Positions 24,842 through 39,286 of a DNA stretch of 64,000 nt are shown one piece after another. A program made the translations under genes and the position numbers. How positions within the stretch are numbered: position 1 is the stretch's first letter; every line of letters starts with the position of its first letter. The stretch lies in NCBI RefSeq assembly GCF_006345805.1, contig NC_042999.1:104594001-104658000 (forward strand), in the 5' to 3' direction. Source of the DNA: Octopus sinensis (lineage: Eukaryota). The notes under the pieces are model-generated. The model had not been told where the DNA came from, did not search any database, and saw only the letters and a list, made by a program, of their open reading frames with translations.

Positions 24842-27479
24842 CTGAAATATAAGAATATACAAAAAAACGTGAAAAAAACCCCACAAAATATAATGAAGAT
24901 ATTGCGACAAAAATTTACAAAATGTAGAAGAAAAATATAAAAAAGCAAAATGAAGATAGCGTGTTTATTAGGAAATGGCGTGTGAAAGTAAGCGGGGGTG
25001 AATGTAGACATGGAGGCGTGTTGAGAAAGAGAAATATGGGGGCTGTAGGTGATGGGGTGAGTGGGTAATAGTGGCTGTAAAAGTAAGAACTGTGATGTAA
25101 GTAGATTGGTAGTGGTAATAGTGAGAGATAACGACGAGGATGACAACGCTGACGATGAGGATTGCATCAGTTGTAATGTTAATGGAAGGTCGGGGAGTTG
25201 TTTGTGAGGGCTGGACAAACGGTGGTGCCTGAAGAAATTATGGGAAATCAAAAATCACGAGAGGAATAGGTAAGAAGAAGAAGAAGAAAATTTCAAAGAC
25301 AAGCGAGAAAGGAAAAAAAATTACTTCAGAAGGAATTGAAAACAACAGAAAACTAAGAAATTAAAAAATTGAAAAAAAAAAATAATTGTAAGGTTGATAA
25401 AAATACAAAAGATATAAATATAAATATGAATCAGAAAAGAAATATTAAAGAAAGGAGAAAGAAAGACAGATAGAAAGAGAGGAAGAGAGGGAGATGCAAA
25501 GAGGGAGAGAGACAGATGGAGAGAGTCATTCATAGTCAAAATCTTAAGTTTGATGAATGTTGAGTATACATATGCATTTTAACATGATATTTGAATGACA
25601 TTGACCCTGTGAGTTCGTACAATGATACGGAACTGTTAGAAGACTTAAATCATTCCTCTTAATGTTTATTTTCGGATAATTACTTGTAAGAAGTAATAAT
25701 ACATGATTGAGCGACGATATGCTTACACATGATCGACTACGCCGTAATGATTTTCATCACGCGAAATAGTATTAGTCAAAATGCATGTAACCTGATATAG
25801 AACAGTCTCGGGTTTATGAAAAGTGATGATTGACTGAGATTAAATGATATCATGTTGAATAATGTGCATAAGGTGATAGCAGGATAATTGTATATTTTCG
25901 TGCACACATAGTTAACAGTATAAATTTTTGTGATTAGAAATATCTCTCAATGAGTGACAACTGTGAGGTTGTTGGTTTTGTCGTTGTCGTCGTTGTTGTG
26001 GTTGTTATAGTTGATGTTGCTTAGTCTTTGTTTAGCTTAGACTTGTTTGAACATATTTATGAACAAAGGCATTGCAGACGTGATAAATTTTGTCTACTTT
26101 TTGAAAAATCCGTCAACTATTCTGACGCTCTCTTTTTGCCGAACAGCAAAGTTACGAAGACATAAACAAACGAACGGCTGTTGTCAAACCAAAGTATAGA
26201 GTAACCATAACATTAATGTAAAAATGTTTTAAATATTATAACTGAACATAAAAACAAACATTAATGACTGTTTGATTTTGCACGTTAACTTCACGAGCAG
26301 GCTGTTCCGTTGATCGTATCAGCTGGGACTCACGACGTCGTAACCGAGTGTTCCTATATATATATATATATATACATACACACATATATACATGCATATA
26401 TATGCATGCATGCGCGTGTAACAAGCTTCTAGTTTCTAGTCACCTATTCACTGACAAGGTATTGGTTAATTCAAGGTTCTGCACAGTTGGTCTGAACCCG
26501 GAATCACGTGGCTGCGAATCGATCTTCTTACTCACACAACCGTTATACAATATATTCTTCTTAAGATGATGGATTTGAAGAGTATTTGACAGCTATTTCG
26601 TGCAGTTCAAATAACCACAATGAGCTTTCTGGTCAGCTTAGTAGGTTGCTTATATGAAGCGATAATGAGTGATGTGACATACATGCATTTTTCATATACA
26701 TTAATAGTGTAAAGGTTGTGAAATATCTACACTTGTGAGACATGTGTCGCCGGGAAATTACCCCGATACTTAATGGCAGATGCAGGGATAGGAGCTTTTT
26801 TAGTGACAAGAATAAAATGCAGATGCTAATTTTCTATACAAAGTAGAATAGTATGAGTAAATACGGTAAGCAAGTTCATTATGTAAAAAATAGGTATTGA
26901 GTCAAGACTAAAAATGTGAAGACTTGGTAACAACTTAGGCAATAACTCAAGCAAATTTTACTGTGAAATTGTTATAGGTAGATTTTAGTGAAATATATAA
27001 CTATTTTTTTTATTATTCTATTTATTGTACTAACTAGCAATATGTTATGACTATTTTTATAACTTATTTTTTAATTTCTAATTATTAATTAATAATTAAA
27101 AATGATTTTTTCTAAAGTGCCAAAAATATTTTGAGTTATTTTTATTTTCAATAGAAGTAACAAGTAATATCAAATAAAAGTAATAACTTGCAATAAAATT
27201 TTTAATTTTAATAAAAGCTAATATTTTCTAAATTCAAATATTTTATTTGAAATTTTATCCTTAGCTGCAATATTTTAAGTAAAAATTTTCTTATTCTCTA
27301 CTTTGTCAGATGTAATAACTTGTACTGAACTTTTCCAGGTTTATAATCTTAAGAATATTATTTCTCTTGCTCGCCTTTTTCCATGTAATAACAATATTTT
27401 GGGAATGTTCTTATGATAATATTTTGTGGGATTTTACATGTGTCTGGATGTCTGGAAGTAAGTTCTCTGACTGTGGTTG

Positions 27480-28780
27480 TAGATTTTCGGGTTGAGTGAT
27501 AACAAACTGTGCCTTACGCACGCGCAGGTGGTCTTCCAATTTGAGTATTTTTTTGTCAGTGCGTGTTGTTTGTGCTATGACACAACTGCGCTGTTTTATA
27601 TTCTTTGTAGTTTATTGTGGCATGTTGTGAAAACACTGGGGCACTGACAGAACTAAGCCTAGTCAATGACATTGTTCTTCCACCAGTGTTGTTGTTTCTT
27701 TCGGTTGACTAAATGTGGTACCAGTAATTGTTCCAATTATGTTTGTGATTCGTTCCAGTTGTATGTGTGCCGTGAAAGTTTCAAACAAGTTGTGCCTATC
27801 ATTTAGTATCTTCTCCTCTGTGTGTGCGTGTTCTGTAGCTATGCTGTTGATTGTTATTTGTGTTTAGTATTCTCCAGTGTTGCTAATAAAGTCACTGTAA
27901 ATTTGGTCGATACTATTTTCAGCCCGTTGTTGTAGAGCCAGTTTTGTATGTGATTTATGTAGGCTTGGACGAATCGTCTGGACAGTGGTAGGAAGACGTC
28001 ATATGTGCAAAAAAACTGTCTGTATGTTTGTCTTGTGGAGGTGTAAACGTAGTGTACATATAAGATAGAAAGGATGGATCTTTGTGGTACTCCACTTGGG
28101 AAGTTGTAAGTGCTGGATACTAGTTCTTGTACACTAAATAAACTTGGAGGCTTAACAGCATTTTCAGTTGTTGGAATTTAGATCATCTTTGATGAAGTAT
28201 TCCATCTATGACAACTTTCTTTGTATTTCTAGGACTATCTTTTCCAGTGTTTCTTTGCATTTCTAACGTGATGGGAAAGCGTCTTGCGTTAAATTTTATA
28301 GCGGTGTCTTATATATTTTGTATGAATGAATTGAAAAGTATTCTGATGTCGATGACAAAATGACACGAGAGAAGAGTTTTATTTTGTTATTGAATCCATC
28401 ATATATTTTCTGTGTTAGGCTTGGGAGTAATGTAGTGGTTGAGTGTAGCGGTCTCAATCAGCGTGGTTTTTAATGGTTAAGAGTGTCCAATGAAGACGTT
28501 TGCTTGGAATTGTACTGTATTCGTATTATCTGAGATTGTTGTTGTGACATGAAATGTAGTGTGAACATTGTTGTTGTTGATGATGATGATATTGCTAATT
28601 AGTCTAGTGTTTTACTGCTTATTTTGTGTTTTATGTTGGATCAAATATTTTCTAGATTTGAATATCTATTTAATATTCAAGAACATTTTCTTGTTTGATG
28701 CTGAGTTTGATTTTGGTTGTTCAAGGTGTTGGTGTATTTTGTATACTACTTGGAGTGGTATATTTTACATTGCCTTGTAG
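27480..28780 (-). mobile_element. Degenerate Jockey/I-like LINE, RT region
   Basis: Minus frames: DGFNNK, VIDIRILFNS (DIxKAFD-like), NFPSGVPQRSILS, and WLYNNGLKI after frameshifts. Confidence 0.7.
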
Positions 28781-30975
28781 GATATGCTTTTCTTTCGATG
28801 CATCTATTAATATTTTGATATCAGTTGGGATATCTATATATTTAATATAAGTTTATATATGCTATACGAGCATTACAATATGAAAGGGTCTGCTTGCTTT
28901 GATCTGAGTGCAATTTAAAATAGTGGCTGTTATATGTTGAATTAATAAGAATGTTACTTGCATTATTGCTATGCAAATGGAGTATGTAATCGCGAAATCA
29001 TTTAGTTCCGTTAAGGTGCTTTTGAAGCCGATAGCGTTGTACTGAAGAAATTTAGCTTTTTATCCGCAGTCTGCGTTAAAATATGTCATGATGTCGAGAA
29101 AAGAGATAACAATATTACCTGCCTGTATTGTTGCTGTTGTAATTATTGTTATCATAGCCATACATAATTTATTACATATATTGTGCGCTTGTAACACTGT
29201 ATAATCGATGAGTGTTTTGCAGTACTAAGCCCAGCTACTCTAGATACGCTACCTTACAGAACATAAAAATATAAATTACCCAGTCACATAAAAAAGAAAA
29301 GTTCATTGGATTATGTAATCCTGGATGTACAAAAAGACAAAATCGTCACGATTGGAACTCCTCTTGGTCATAGGTTTGCTTGGTCAGGACTGAAGTGGAG
29401 CTCAACATGAACATCAACATCAAATTGCACTATTTATCTATTCTTCCCCAAATCCGTTTATCAAACACAGAACCATTCACAATGTTCAGGCAATAGAATT
29501 CCCTAAATAACCAATAGAAATCGCGGAAACTAGTGATGGTCAGCGTTGGTAATTAGTGAGTAGAAACAGGATTTAAAAGAGGAAAAAGCTAACGTTTTAG
29601 GAAGCAGAGCTCTTTGACAGGTATCTTAGACGTCTCTACTTTCTCACGAATTAAAAAAAATGCTATTTATAGAATTAGATGATTTAAGTTTTCGCACTAG
29701 ACATTATCTTGTTATTATTTGTTTTCTTATTTGTTTATTTGTTTAGTCAAAATTATTTTATATTAAAAGAAAATTATTTTCTTTAATGCTGCATATGTAT
29801 TTAAGTGTGAGAAAAGAACACAAAAATAAGCAAGCTAGTCTTTTGACAATAGTTTGTCACGAGGTTTCTGATAAAGAACAAGAAAACATTTTCTTTGATA
29901 GAAGTTAAATTCTTTGTTTATTTCCAGAATTAAATATTCTACACGAATGGATATCATTTGTACAATTCATAAAAGAAATGTTCTTTGTCTTCACGGTTTT
30001 TTATATATTTAAACTGTTGAGACGTTATCGATACATTTGAAAAGTTGATTTTAAAGATATTCTTTTTTATATTTGTTTTATTTGGTCCCTTGCTGTTTGG
30101 AATCGGTTTGAAAGAAACTATAAACTACTATCGTAACACAAACATAAATACATTCATGCACATACCCATGCACACACACATACACACACATGCACACACA
30201 CTCAGACACACACTCGCTTTCTGACACACACACACACACACACAAGCAAACACAAGCATGAGTGCGTATCTGAATACAAGCATACAAACACATTCACAAA
30301 ATACATATAGACACACACACATCTATACATTATATCTGTCTGTCTTTGTCATTCTCTATCTCTCTCTCTATCTATCTTTCATGCAAAGAACTAATACCCC
30401 CCAAATCCCAGTCAAATGCACACACATACACACACACTTACGAAATTATACGTGTATACATGTATTACATTTAAGCATAGCAACTCATGCACACACATAT
30501 ATATGTACAAAAACATATACTGACACAAGCATTTGCATATACCCATACACACACAGACACACAATCACATATACTCACACGCAACACTCAGTATAAGGCA
30601 CCACACAGCACAGCACGCACATGTAAGCCCTGCGGTGCTGTGTTTCTTTAAACGGTCATGCCTCCTGTGGTGCTAAAGCTGCCAGTATTAGAACATTTTA
30701 AACACGCAGTATCAATGCCTGGCAACTAATTTTACATTACATTCTATAGATTTCAAAATTAGGTACTGCATAATTTTATTTTATGTTTCCCTCTAGAAGT
30801 TATAAAAAAGAAGGAAGAAAGTCTTTTTACAATTAGATTATCTCCTGAGAATTATATTTAGCTTGGAAGACGAATAACAAAAGAAAAGAAAAAAATGCCA
30901 GAAAGTAACCCCAAAATACAACCAAACAAAATAAAGAATAAATAAAAGAAATTAGATAAGAAAATTGTATTTCAG

Positions 30976-31065
30976 GGTTGTATGCATACAATGTATCACC
31001 GACTGTCTCATCAGTGATGACTCAACGTTAGAATGTGATTGTTCCGCTGCTATTACAAAGTCTTT
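30976..31065 (+). other. Candidate 90-nt exon
   Basis: TTGTATTTCAG|G...TTT|GTATGT. One open frame, VVCIQCITDCLISDDSTLECDCSAAITKS. Weak pyrimidine tract and no homology recognised. Confidence 0.15.
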
Positions 31066-34000
31066 GTATGTGAGATATTTTCAACAATAAAAATACTAGT
31101 GAATGAATAGCGTCTACTACTTTTGAACCACCACCGATCTTTCACAGTTGTAACAGTATCTTGGTTATTTTCTTTTTTCTTTTTAATTGACTATAGGTGA
31201 GAAGGAAGTTTTGATTTATTTATTCATTTAACTTGATGCACAGATCAATTATCACCGTGCTTCGTTTTGAATTTTTTGACAGTTTAATCAAATTCTGTAT
31301 AGGTGCAACATTTTTTAATGAGGTGGTTAGGCCAAGACAGCTCAACTAGACAGTAAATAATCTTTTAAAAAGGCACAATATTGCCGAATTCTTGTTTCGA
31401 GTCGTTTATAAATGCAGCATGATTAGACAAATATTGTAATGAAATGAATAGGTTGTATCCAATTTATTTAAATTCCAACTTTGGAAAGGCATACACGTCT
31501 TGAAATATGTAACCATGTAACTGTATTAAGCATGAAATAATAAGGAGATATTTGCATACTGGACAGTTATTGCTGTACTTTATCTGTTTCCAGAGGAAAA
31601 GGATTAGTGTCTATCTGATTGCCATAGCAGACATAATACATGGCTTCAGATTACAGAGTTTATGTAATGTAGATCAGTAATTTTTATCTTCTTGGCAAGC
31701 AGAACTTTCGGCAGCCCTGGTGCGTAGATAATTATTTATATGTTCTTTACTATAAATTACTTTATCTAAAACATAATTCTATGATAATACATAGACATAC
31801 ATACATCTCCATACACCCCCCACACACTCACAGAGGCTCACATTCACACATATGTATAAAGACGAAACGGAAGACGGAACGAGAGACGGAACCAGAGTGG
31901 AATGACTTGGGTATATTAATTAGCACATTGGAAGTCAGAACTTCAAGATTTTTAGTTATAACTATCAAGGTTATAAAATACAGACCTTGACAATTGTATA
32001 CAACTTTACTCAATGTAGAATTTTGCGACACAAAGATACAGGCATAGTTGATCGTTTAACTTATTGAACTAATGTGTAAATGGCTTAGTATTCTGCATAT
32101 ACTCTTAACGTATTTCTCATGCAAAATCAGCGTGACACACTGTGTGACAAGGCCGAAATATTGAATAACGTGCAATTTATCCATCGGAGGGGATTCCATG
32201 AAGCTCCTATTTCAAAAGACTTAGGTCATCCGAGGCTTTAGTACAAGACTTTACATACAATGCTACGCTGTAGGATCGAAAACAGGTCTCACTATATTGT
32301 TACTACAGATTTGTGACTGAGAAACGAAACTCTTACTCACATATTTGGAAGAGTATGCTGTTATAAACACTAAAATTCGAGACTGTGAACAAAAACTACT
32401 CATCGCAATGGTTATTAAATAATCACTTATCAAGCTACTTCCCTCATATATTTTTGAGGGAGAGTAGAGTGGAGTAAATCGACTCAGAGTACCATGTGCT
32501 AAAATATGGTACATTTATTGAGCATTTCGGTACAATCATGCAATGTATCTCAGTCCTGAACCGAAAAAATAACGAAAAGACATTTTTCCATTATTCAGTA
32601 TCGAACTAGAGCAACACTGATCTCAACCAGGCATAGATTGTTGTTGATGTGTAATCAATTACTATACTAAATATTTCTGAAATGCATGCACCAGCCACAA
32701 TATCGACACACACACACACACACACACACGAACGCAACCCGACGTAACAAGTAAATAAATGAGTAGATAAATCAATAAATTATGAAAGCTGTAACTGTAC
32801 ATTGGAGACTATTTTCTACACGCCTATCATTTTATAAATAATATCACTCGAAACTTGGGGAAATTATCAAAAGTTTTCCATCTTTTGTATTTTTCATTTG
32901 GCGAACGACAAATGGCTATCACAATTCATTCAGTCGTTGGTTATATATCGTAAATAGCTACAGGCTTGAGAATACCTGATAAACATGGAATTTAAGAATC
33001 ATGTGTAAGCTACTGCAACACGATATAATTGGATTTTAGATTTTAGTAATTCTTATACTTGCTAATATAAGGTATCGTTACCTGCGAAACATCAATAATG
33101 TTTCAATAGCCAATAAGAATTACACTGCAAACAACAGGTACAGAAATAATAGAACGTTTTGAAAATAGTTTTCAGGAAAACGGTAAAAGATAAGCAAATA
33201 GAAAAGAAAATGCCTAAAATGTATACTTATGCATTTATAGATGTAACAGACAATTAACTGTTGTTGTTGTTCTTTAGCACCTATCGAAAACCTAACCGAA
33301 CAGACCTATGATTTAAGTTATTCCTACCATTCTTCATTTTCCTTTTTTAAAGTTTATGTAAGAATATATTATCTAATGACTTTGCCTTATGTAAGACAGC
33401 AAGATGTGATGAGAAAGATTTAGCTGTTATTTTCATCAGGTCAAGTGACATATAGAAACTCCCTTTTGGCCTTGTGAGACCACTGATTATTGTTATTGTT
33501 CAGCTCTAGATAAAACCTGACTGAGCAGACCTATAATCAAAGAACTCCAACAGTAATCATTCCATCTTTTTCCAATGTTCAGGTTATCCAAAGCCACATA
33601 GTTTAACTTGTAATTCACTAAGATAAAAGGAAATTATCAAAATGAACACTTTTGCAGCCTGAGCACAATTTACAAAGGTATAAACATCAATGTTATACTG
33701 CTTGTCGTAGGTTTGATACATCTTTATTGTATCTCCAATACAGTAGCAATATAGTCAGGATAGTTTGAGATCAAATGTTGGCACTAATGTGGGATTATTA
33801 CCTTTGTCTGAATCTGCTATATCTATTTTAAATCTGAAGTTAAAAATTGAATTTTAAAATTTTATTTTATGATTTCATGCCTTTCCTTGAGGGTTCTGGT
33901 CAGGAGAAGGATACTGACCATTTACCCAATTAGCTCTAAGTCAGTTCTTTTATGCAATTTGCAAAATGACTGGTGCACCATCTCGCTGGAAAACAAAGCG

Positions 34001-35080
34001 ATAATGGATGATTATACAAATAGACAACTTCTGTTGAGCAGCCAGTGTTTTTAGAGAGCATTGTTGTAACTTGAGACATGATACAAATACCAGTTCTTTA
34101 TGTTGCAGGCATGGAACTCATTATAATGGATAGATATTCTTGGAATATCGAGGATTGTATGCTGAGTTTGGTGTCCGAAAATGGAAGGAGAATTAGATTA
34201 CAAATCGCTTAATGGACATTTGTTTTACTATGTATTATTTTTAGTTAGACTTCCTTAGTCTTCCTTAGTTGAAGTTTTATGACTCTACCAAAATTACAAA
34301 GGAACCTTGATTTTCTGTTATAACTAGACACTTTTCAATGGACCTCATGTTACTAGGTTGAAGGTTCTATAATGAATGTCATATTATCTAGGTACTGCAT
34401 TTTGCCTTACTTGCAACTATGAGTTGCATGGCATAACTAGATGTAAATGTAAATAGGAATATACCAGATGCAATTGTACGATCGATTTGAAGTGAGTTGG
34501 GAAAGACCTGACAAATAGTTTAACTCACTGATTAAAACCGAGGAATCCATCGAGATGATATTTTCCTTAACTTGATTTCAATGGCATTCAAAACCCAAAA
34601 TTGACATATTTTTTCAGATGACAGTTGTATGAATTTATTAAATCTTGATATTTTGTATGTCACGCTGAAAATGAATTCATATAACTCCGTCATTCATATA
34701 CCATTGTGGGTAACATAAATTAGTTCGTTCCTGATAAATCTCTAGAAAATAATCAGCTTTGTAATTGTATTTCGGGAGTATCATTATGCAAACCAACGCA
34801 TTCATGGTTGTTTTGATTATGCAACAAAAATCAAGTATATCACAATTCGGTCAGAGTGTAACATAGGACTTGCAAGATAAAAAACACAATTTTAATAAAC
34901 TATATATATATATATACAGTTGGACTAAACCTCGAAGTCACTGTCAACAACATTCTTGTATAAGAATAATAAATTTATACTCTACAAAAGAAGAGAGTAA
35001 CCCACCAGATTAGTGTAAAATTATTTTTTGCGTAACTGAATATAAAAACAAACATTAATATATATATATGTATATATATG

Positions 35081-35129
<49 letters not shown>

Positions 35130-35648
35130 CGTATATATATATTTAGTATATGTGTGTGCATATATATACGTACTAGAAAACTAGCTCGTTTAAAGAATCG
35201 CTATTAGAGACGAAAGCAGTATTACTGAGAAGTAATGTTTATTGCATTGTGTGTGTATGTATGTATTTAGTAGAAAATGTGTGTAGAAAAAGATGTACGA
35301 CTGATATTATTATATTTAGATCGCCATGTACATTATCACAATTTAATCTTCTCTCGGTAATGTTGCTGATTAACTTTTATTCTGAGTATTTTAACTTGTT
35401 ATGAACTACAGATCAAATGTAGGAGAAATAAAGATAATCACAAACATTTTTCACCTTTGTGGTTGTTTATAGGCCTGTCATAAAAGTTCCAAGTGCATCT
35501 AGGTACTAAGCGAAGCAGATAATCAGAGACCCAATTGCAGAGGTCCCAAAACCATAGAGGTTAAATACGAAGTGTTATATAAATTTGTGTTTATCCTTCC
35601 ACACACACACAAACATGCACACACGTATATCCATCCATCCATTCATCC

Positions 35649-35679
<31 letters not shown>

Positions 35680-35684
35680 ATGTA

Positions 35685-35860
35685 GGTCCCGGGTTGATTC
35701 GGGGTTAACCACAGTAAATAAGGTACTCAATACATAGCAGAGTAAAATTAATTATTATGTAGAAGGAGCTTCTACAGGACTAGAACTGTTTCATTCAAGA
35801 GAAATCTTCCTCTTGAATGAAACAGTTCTAGTCCTGTAGAAGCTCCTTCTACATAATAAA
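35685..35860. mobile_element. Short (TA)n-flanked fold-back element with perfect 50-bp arms (PLE-like end)
   Basis: 35752-35801 is the exact reverse complement of 35810-35859, with an 8-nt loop (AAATCTTC). Confidence 0.75.
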
Positions 35861-35869
35861 TATATATAT

Positions 35870-35905
<36 letters not shown>

Positions 35906-35999
35906 CTATATATATGTATATATAATATATGTTATAAATTAAAACAAACAGTAAAAGGTTGTCATTATAGTACTCGGAGTTTCAAATGCCGATGCGATG

Positions 36000-36360
36000 A
36001 GCTACGATACATTCTGGTCGGCTATAAATGCCAACAGACGCTACGAAAAACCGTTAAATATAAGTGAGGTAACTCTAACAGGCGGAAAAAGAATAAAGTA
36101 AAGATAAAATAAATTATAAAAAGTATATTAAATATTTATATTAATAAAAACAATAACCACACTCTAAGCTTCAGACACTGGAATAAACGAAAGCTATCAA
36201 ATTATCCAGTTATATATGGTTCATAAAAGAACGAGGTGACAGCTACAGGATTTACTGTATCCTAGCCAAATGTAAACCTTATACCAACGGTAGTGGCAAA
36301 TGTGGTCTTTGTAATATGGAAAGATGGCTCGTCTGCTACATGTTTAAATTCAAGTACTGA
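36000..36360 (+). mobile_element. Penelope-like element, GIY-YIG C-terminal remnant
   Basis: Frame from 36187 reads TKAIKLSSYIWFIKERGDSYRIYCILAKCKPYTNGSGKCGLCNMER, matching the PLE pattern T.LS.YIW.LK...W.I...PY....C.LC..EK. Confidence 0.8.
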
Positions 36361-36491
36361 ACTCTTTGGACCATATCTACATGTGACAATCTTTTACTGT
36401 TTGTTCTAATTTATAACATATTTCTCTAATATCGAGGTCTCATTCTTTTGCTGTTACATTTTATTATAATCATCATTATTGTTATTATATA

Positions 36492-36898
36492 TCTATATAT
36501 ATAAAACTCAACTCGTGTGTCTGTGTGTGTATCTGTGTGTGTGTCTGTGTGTTTAACTTCCCGGCACATCTCCTCCTAGCCAACAAAACGTAGAACCACC
36601 AAAAATGGGTCACTTAAAGTTTAGGCGAATGAAAATTGAACTGCGCTATTTCTCTTCCGAAATTCATCTCGCAAGTGCAAAAATCGATAATGTGTTTGTT
36701 TAGGCCTTATCCCATGCATTGAATAGTGAACTTTACTCAGTCAGCTGTTTGGCGTGAACTGTGTTCACCACGCGTGCAAGCATGCGTAAATTGCATGACA
36801 AAAAAAAAATCAAAGTATAAAAACGAATCGCCGTAAACATTGTAGAAATTCGGCAAAGAAATGAATTTTCGGGATGTAGCCTAGAGGGTTTTCCGTCG

Positions 36899-36900
<2 letters not shown>
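36492..36900 (+). mobile_element. Possible non-autonomous Helitron 5' portion
   Basis: Begins A^TCTATATATATAAAACTCAACTCGTGTGTCTGTGTG, a 5' start typical of animal non-autonomous Helitrons. Interrupted by (TA)n. Confidence 0.45.
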
Positions 36901-36954
<54 letters not shown>

Positions 36955-36973
36955 AAATATGTATATATATATG

Positions 36974-37006
<33 letters not shown>

Positions 37007-37358
37007 ATTAATATAAATATGTAATCATATGTATATATATAGTATATATATATATATATTATATATATATATATACATATGTATATATATTACATATATA
37101 TATAGATATATATATACAATGTATATATATATATATATACATATGTATATATATATATACATATGTATATATATATATACATATGTATATATATATACAT
37201 ATGTATATATATATATACATATGTATATATATATATACATATGTTATATATACATATGTATATATATATATACATATACATATGTATAATATAATATGTG
37301 TATATATAGATATATATCTATAATATATATATATATAGATATATATATATATATATGT

Positions 37359-37390
<32 letters not shown>

Positions 37391-37395
37391 TATAT
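36900..37395. repeat. Long (TA)n array with a TATATATATACATATG minisatellite
   Basis: Direct observation; explains the YI-rich ORFs at 37025-37403. Confidence 0.97.
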
Positions 37396-37424
37396 TTCAA
37401 CAATTGAGGGCAAAATTAATTAAT

Positions 37425-37585
37425 TATTAATCAATTTCACCAAGTGTTCAGTATGCAAAGGGACCATTCAAGGCGAATTCAATTATTAATTATATAAAAG
37501 GGCTTAGTAAAATAAATACTTTGCCGCATATGAACTCATTAGAAATAGCAGCTAAAAAACTTTTTTAAGGCTATTTCTAATACTT
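37425..37585 (+). mobile_element. Third copy of the fold-back (PLE pseudo-LTR-like) family
   Basis: GAGGGCAAAATTAATTAATT...CCAAGTGTTCAGTATG...AGAAATAGCAGC matches 846-1000. Ends in a 12-bp inverted repeat, ATTAGAAATAGC/GCTATTTCTAAT. Confidence 0.65.
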
Positions 37586-37668
37586 AAAGAAAATCTCTCT
37601 CATATATAGTGTTTGCATAATTTAACTCACAAAATATATATATATATATATGTGTATATATATAATAT

Positions 37669-37709
<41 letters not shown>

Positions 37710-37711
<2 letters not shown>

Positions 37712-37869
37712 TTATATATAGAGGGCATTATTATACATACATGCCTCACGCTAAGAGGGACATCAGTCATTTCTACCAAAAATTTCACTAGTGAAATTTT
37801 TGGTAGAAATGACTGATGTCCCTCTTAGCGTGAGGCATGTATGTATAATAATGCCCTCTATATATAAAT
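37710..37869. repeat. Perfect 160-bp palindrome with no loop
   Basis: Axis at ACT|AGT (37789/37790). Ends and centre checked base by base; no mismatch seen. Confidence 0.92.
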
Positions 37870-37988
37870 TAATATGTTCATAAGAAAGAATTATTTTCGA
37901 AAATTTTCTCTTATGAGGTTTTTCACGCTATCTACCTGATAATTTCTTATTAAGATTCCTTATTAAGAAGTTATCCTTAATTGTTATA

Positions 37989-38045
<57 letters not shown>

Positions 38046-38047
38046 GT

Positions 38048-39194
38048 ATACTTTGATACTTTGATACTTTGATAGGTTTCGGCCATTATTGGCCCAGGCC
38101 ATGTCTAACTTAATAGCACCACCTGGTGAAGTCTTTCAAGTCAGAATTTGGGCACTATGGCCCACTCAAGTAGAGAGTTATTGTTACAGAGACATATCCG
38201 GGTGTAGGGGGTTTATCCGGGATTTCTTGAAGGAATCTGTCCAAAGACTTCTTGAACCCTATAGGGTCAGTTTCTGTTTTAATGTGTTTTGGTGTAATGT
38301 TAAAGAGAGCGGGGCAATTGAGGTGAAATAATTGTGCCGTATTGTTGTTATGAGATGATGAGAGTGCGATTTTTGTTTTGGGCGGATGGCACGGGGCCCA
38401 AGCCTTGGATGTACCTTGAAGGTGATGCCAACATCATTTGGGCAATGCTGATGGAATATTTTCCACATCATGCAGATGATTGTAGCGCTCACGACGACGT
38501 TGGAGAGAATAGAGTTTTAGCTTTTTTAGTCGACCCCAATAGTCGAGGCCTGTCATGCATCATCTATCTTTTTTGTGTGATTGCCCTTTGAGGTGCTTCA
38601 ACTTTTATGATACCTTGTATTGTGTGGGGAGACCACAGTGGACAACAGTATTCAAGGTGGGGTCGGGCAAAAGTGGAGAAGAGAAGGATAATGGTGTGGA
38701 TATCTCTCGACTGGAAAGTTCTAAGAATCCAGGAACACATTCTGCGGGCCATGTCAACTTTGGTTGTTTATATGAGTGGCCCAGCTTATGTTGTTGTCCA
38801 CAATTACTCCCAAGTCTCTGATGTTGTTGGACGCCGCGAGAGTTTCACCTGAAGGAAGGAGTATGGGAGTTTCAGGGCATCCTCTTTTCCAAAGTGGATT
38901 AGCTCAAATTTATCCTCGTTCAGCAGCATATTGTTTTTTTCTGCCCATTGGATAACAGCCAGTAGATCTGACTGAAGGCATGTCCGGTCACTCGCCTCAT
39001 TTATGACCTTCTGTAGCTTGGAGTCATCTGCAAAGATTTTTATGTTGCTGTGCTTGATGATGTCATTAATATCATTAATGTAAATGATGAAAGAAGTGGG
39101 CCCAGCACAGTGCCTTGCGGAACGCCACTACTGACTTTGGCTGGGCTTGATTTTACCCCTTCAACTACAACATGTTGAGATCTGTCTGTCAGGA
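38048..39194 (-). mobile_element. CR1-clade LINE, 5'-truncated (RT C-half and 3' end)
   Basis: FLTDRSQHVVVEGVKSSPAKVSSGVPQGTVLGPLL, KIFADDSKL, EKNNMLLNEDKFELIHFGK, RPHLEYCCPLWSP. 3' tail of 8-bp repeats (TCAAAGTA)x3 at about 38048-38073. Both ends lie in (TA)n. Confidence 0.92.
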
Positions 39195-39237
39195 ATATAT
39201 GTATATATATATATATGTAATATATATATATATATAT

Positions 39238-39286
<49 letters not shown>

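Noticed and set aside
36900-37715. Phase slips within (TA)n arrays (for example TATATTATATA)
   Set aside because: Typical of slippage or long-read indel error, so not treated as a biological code.
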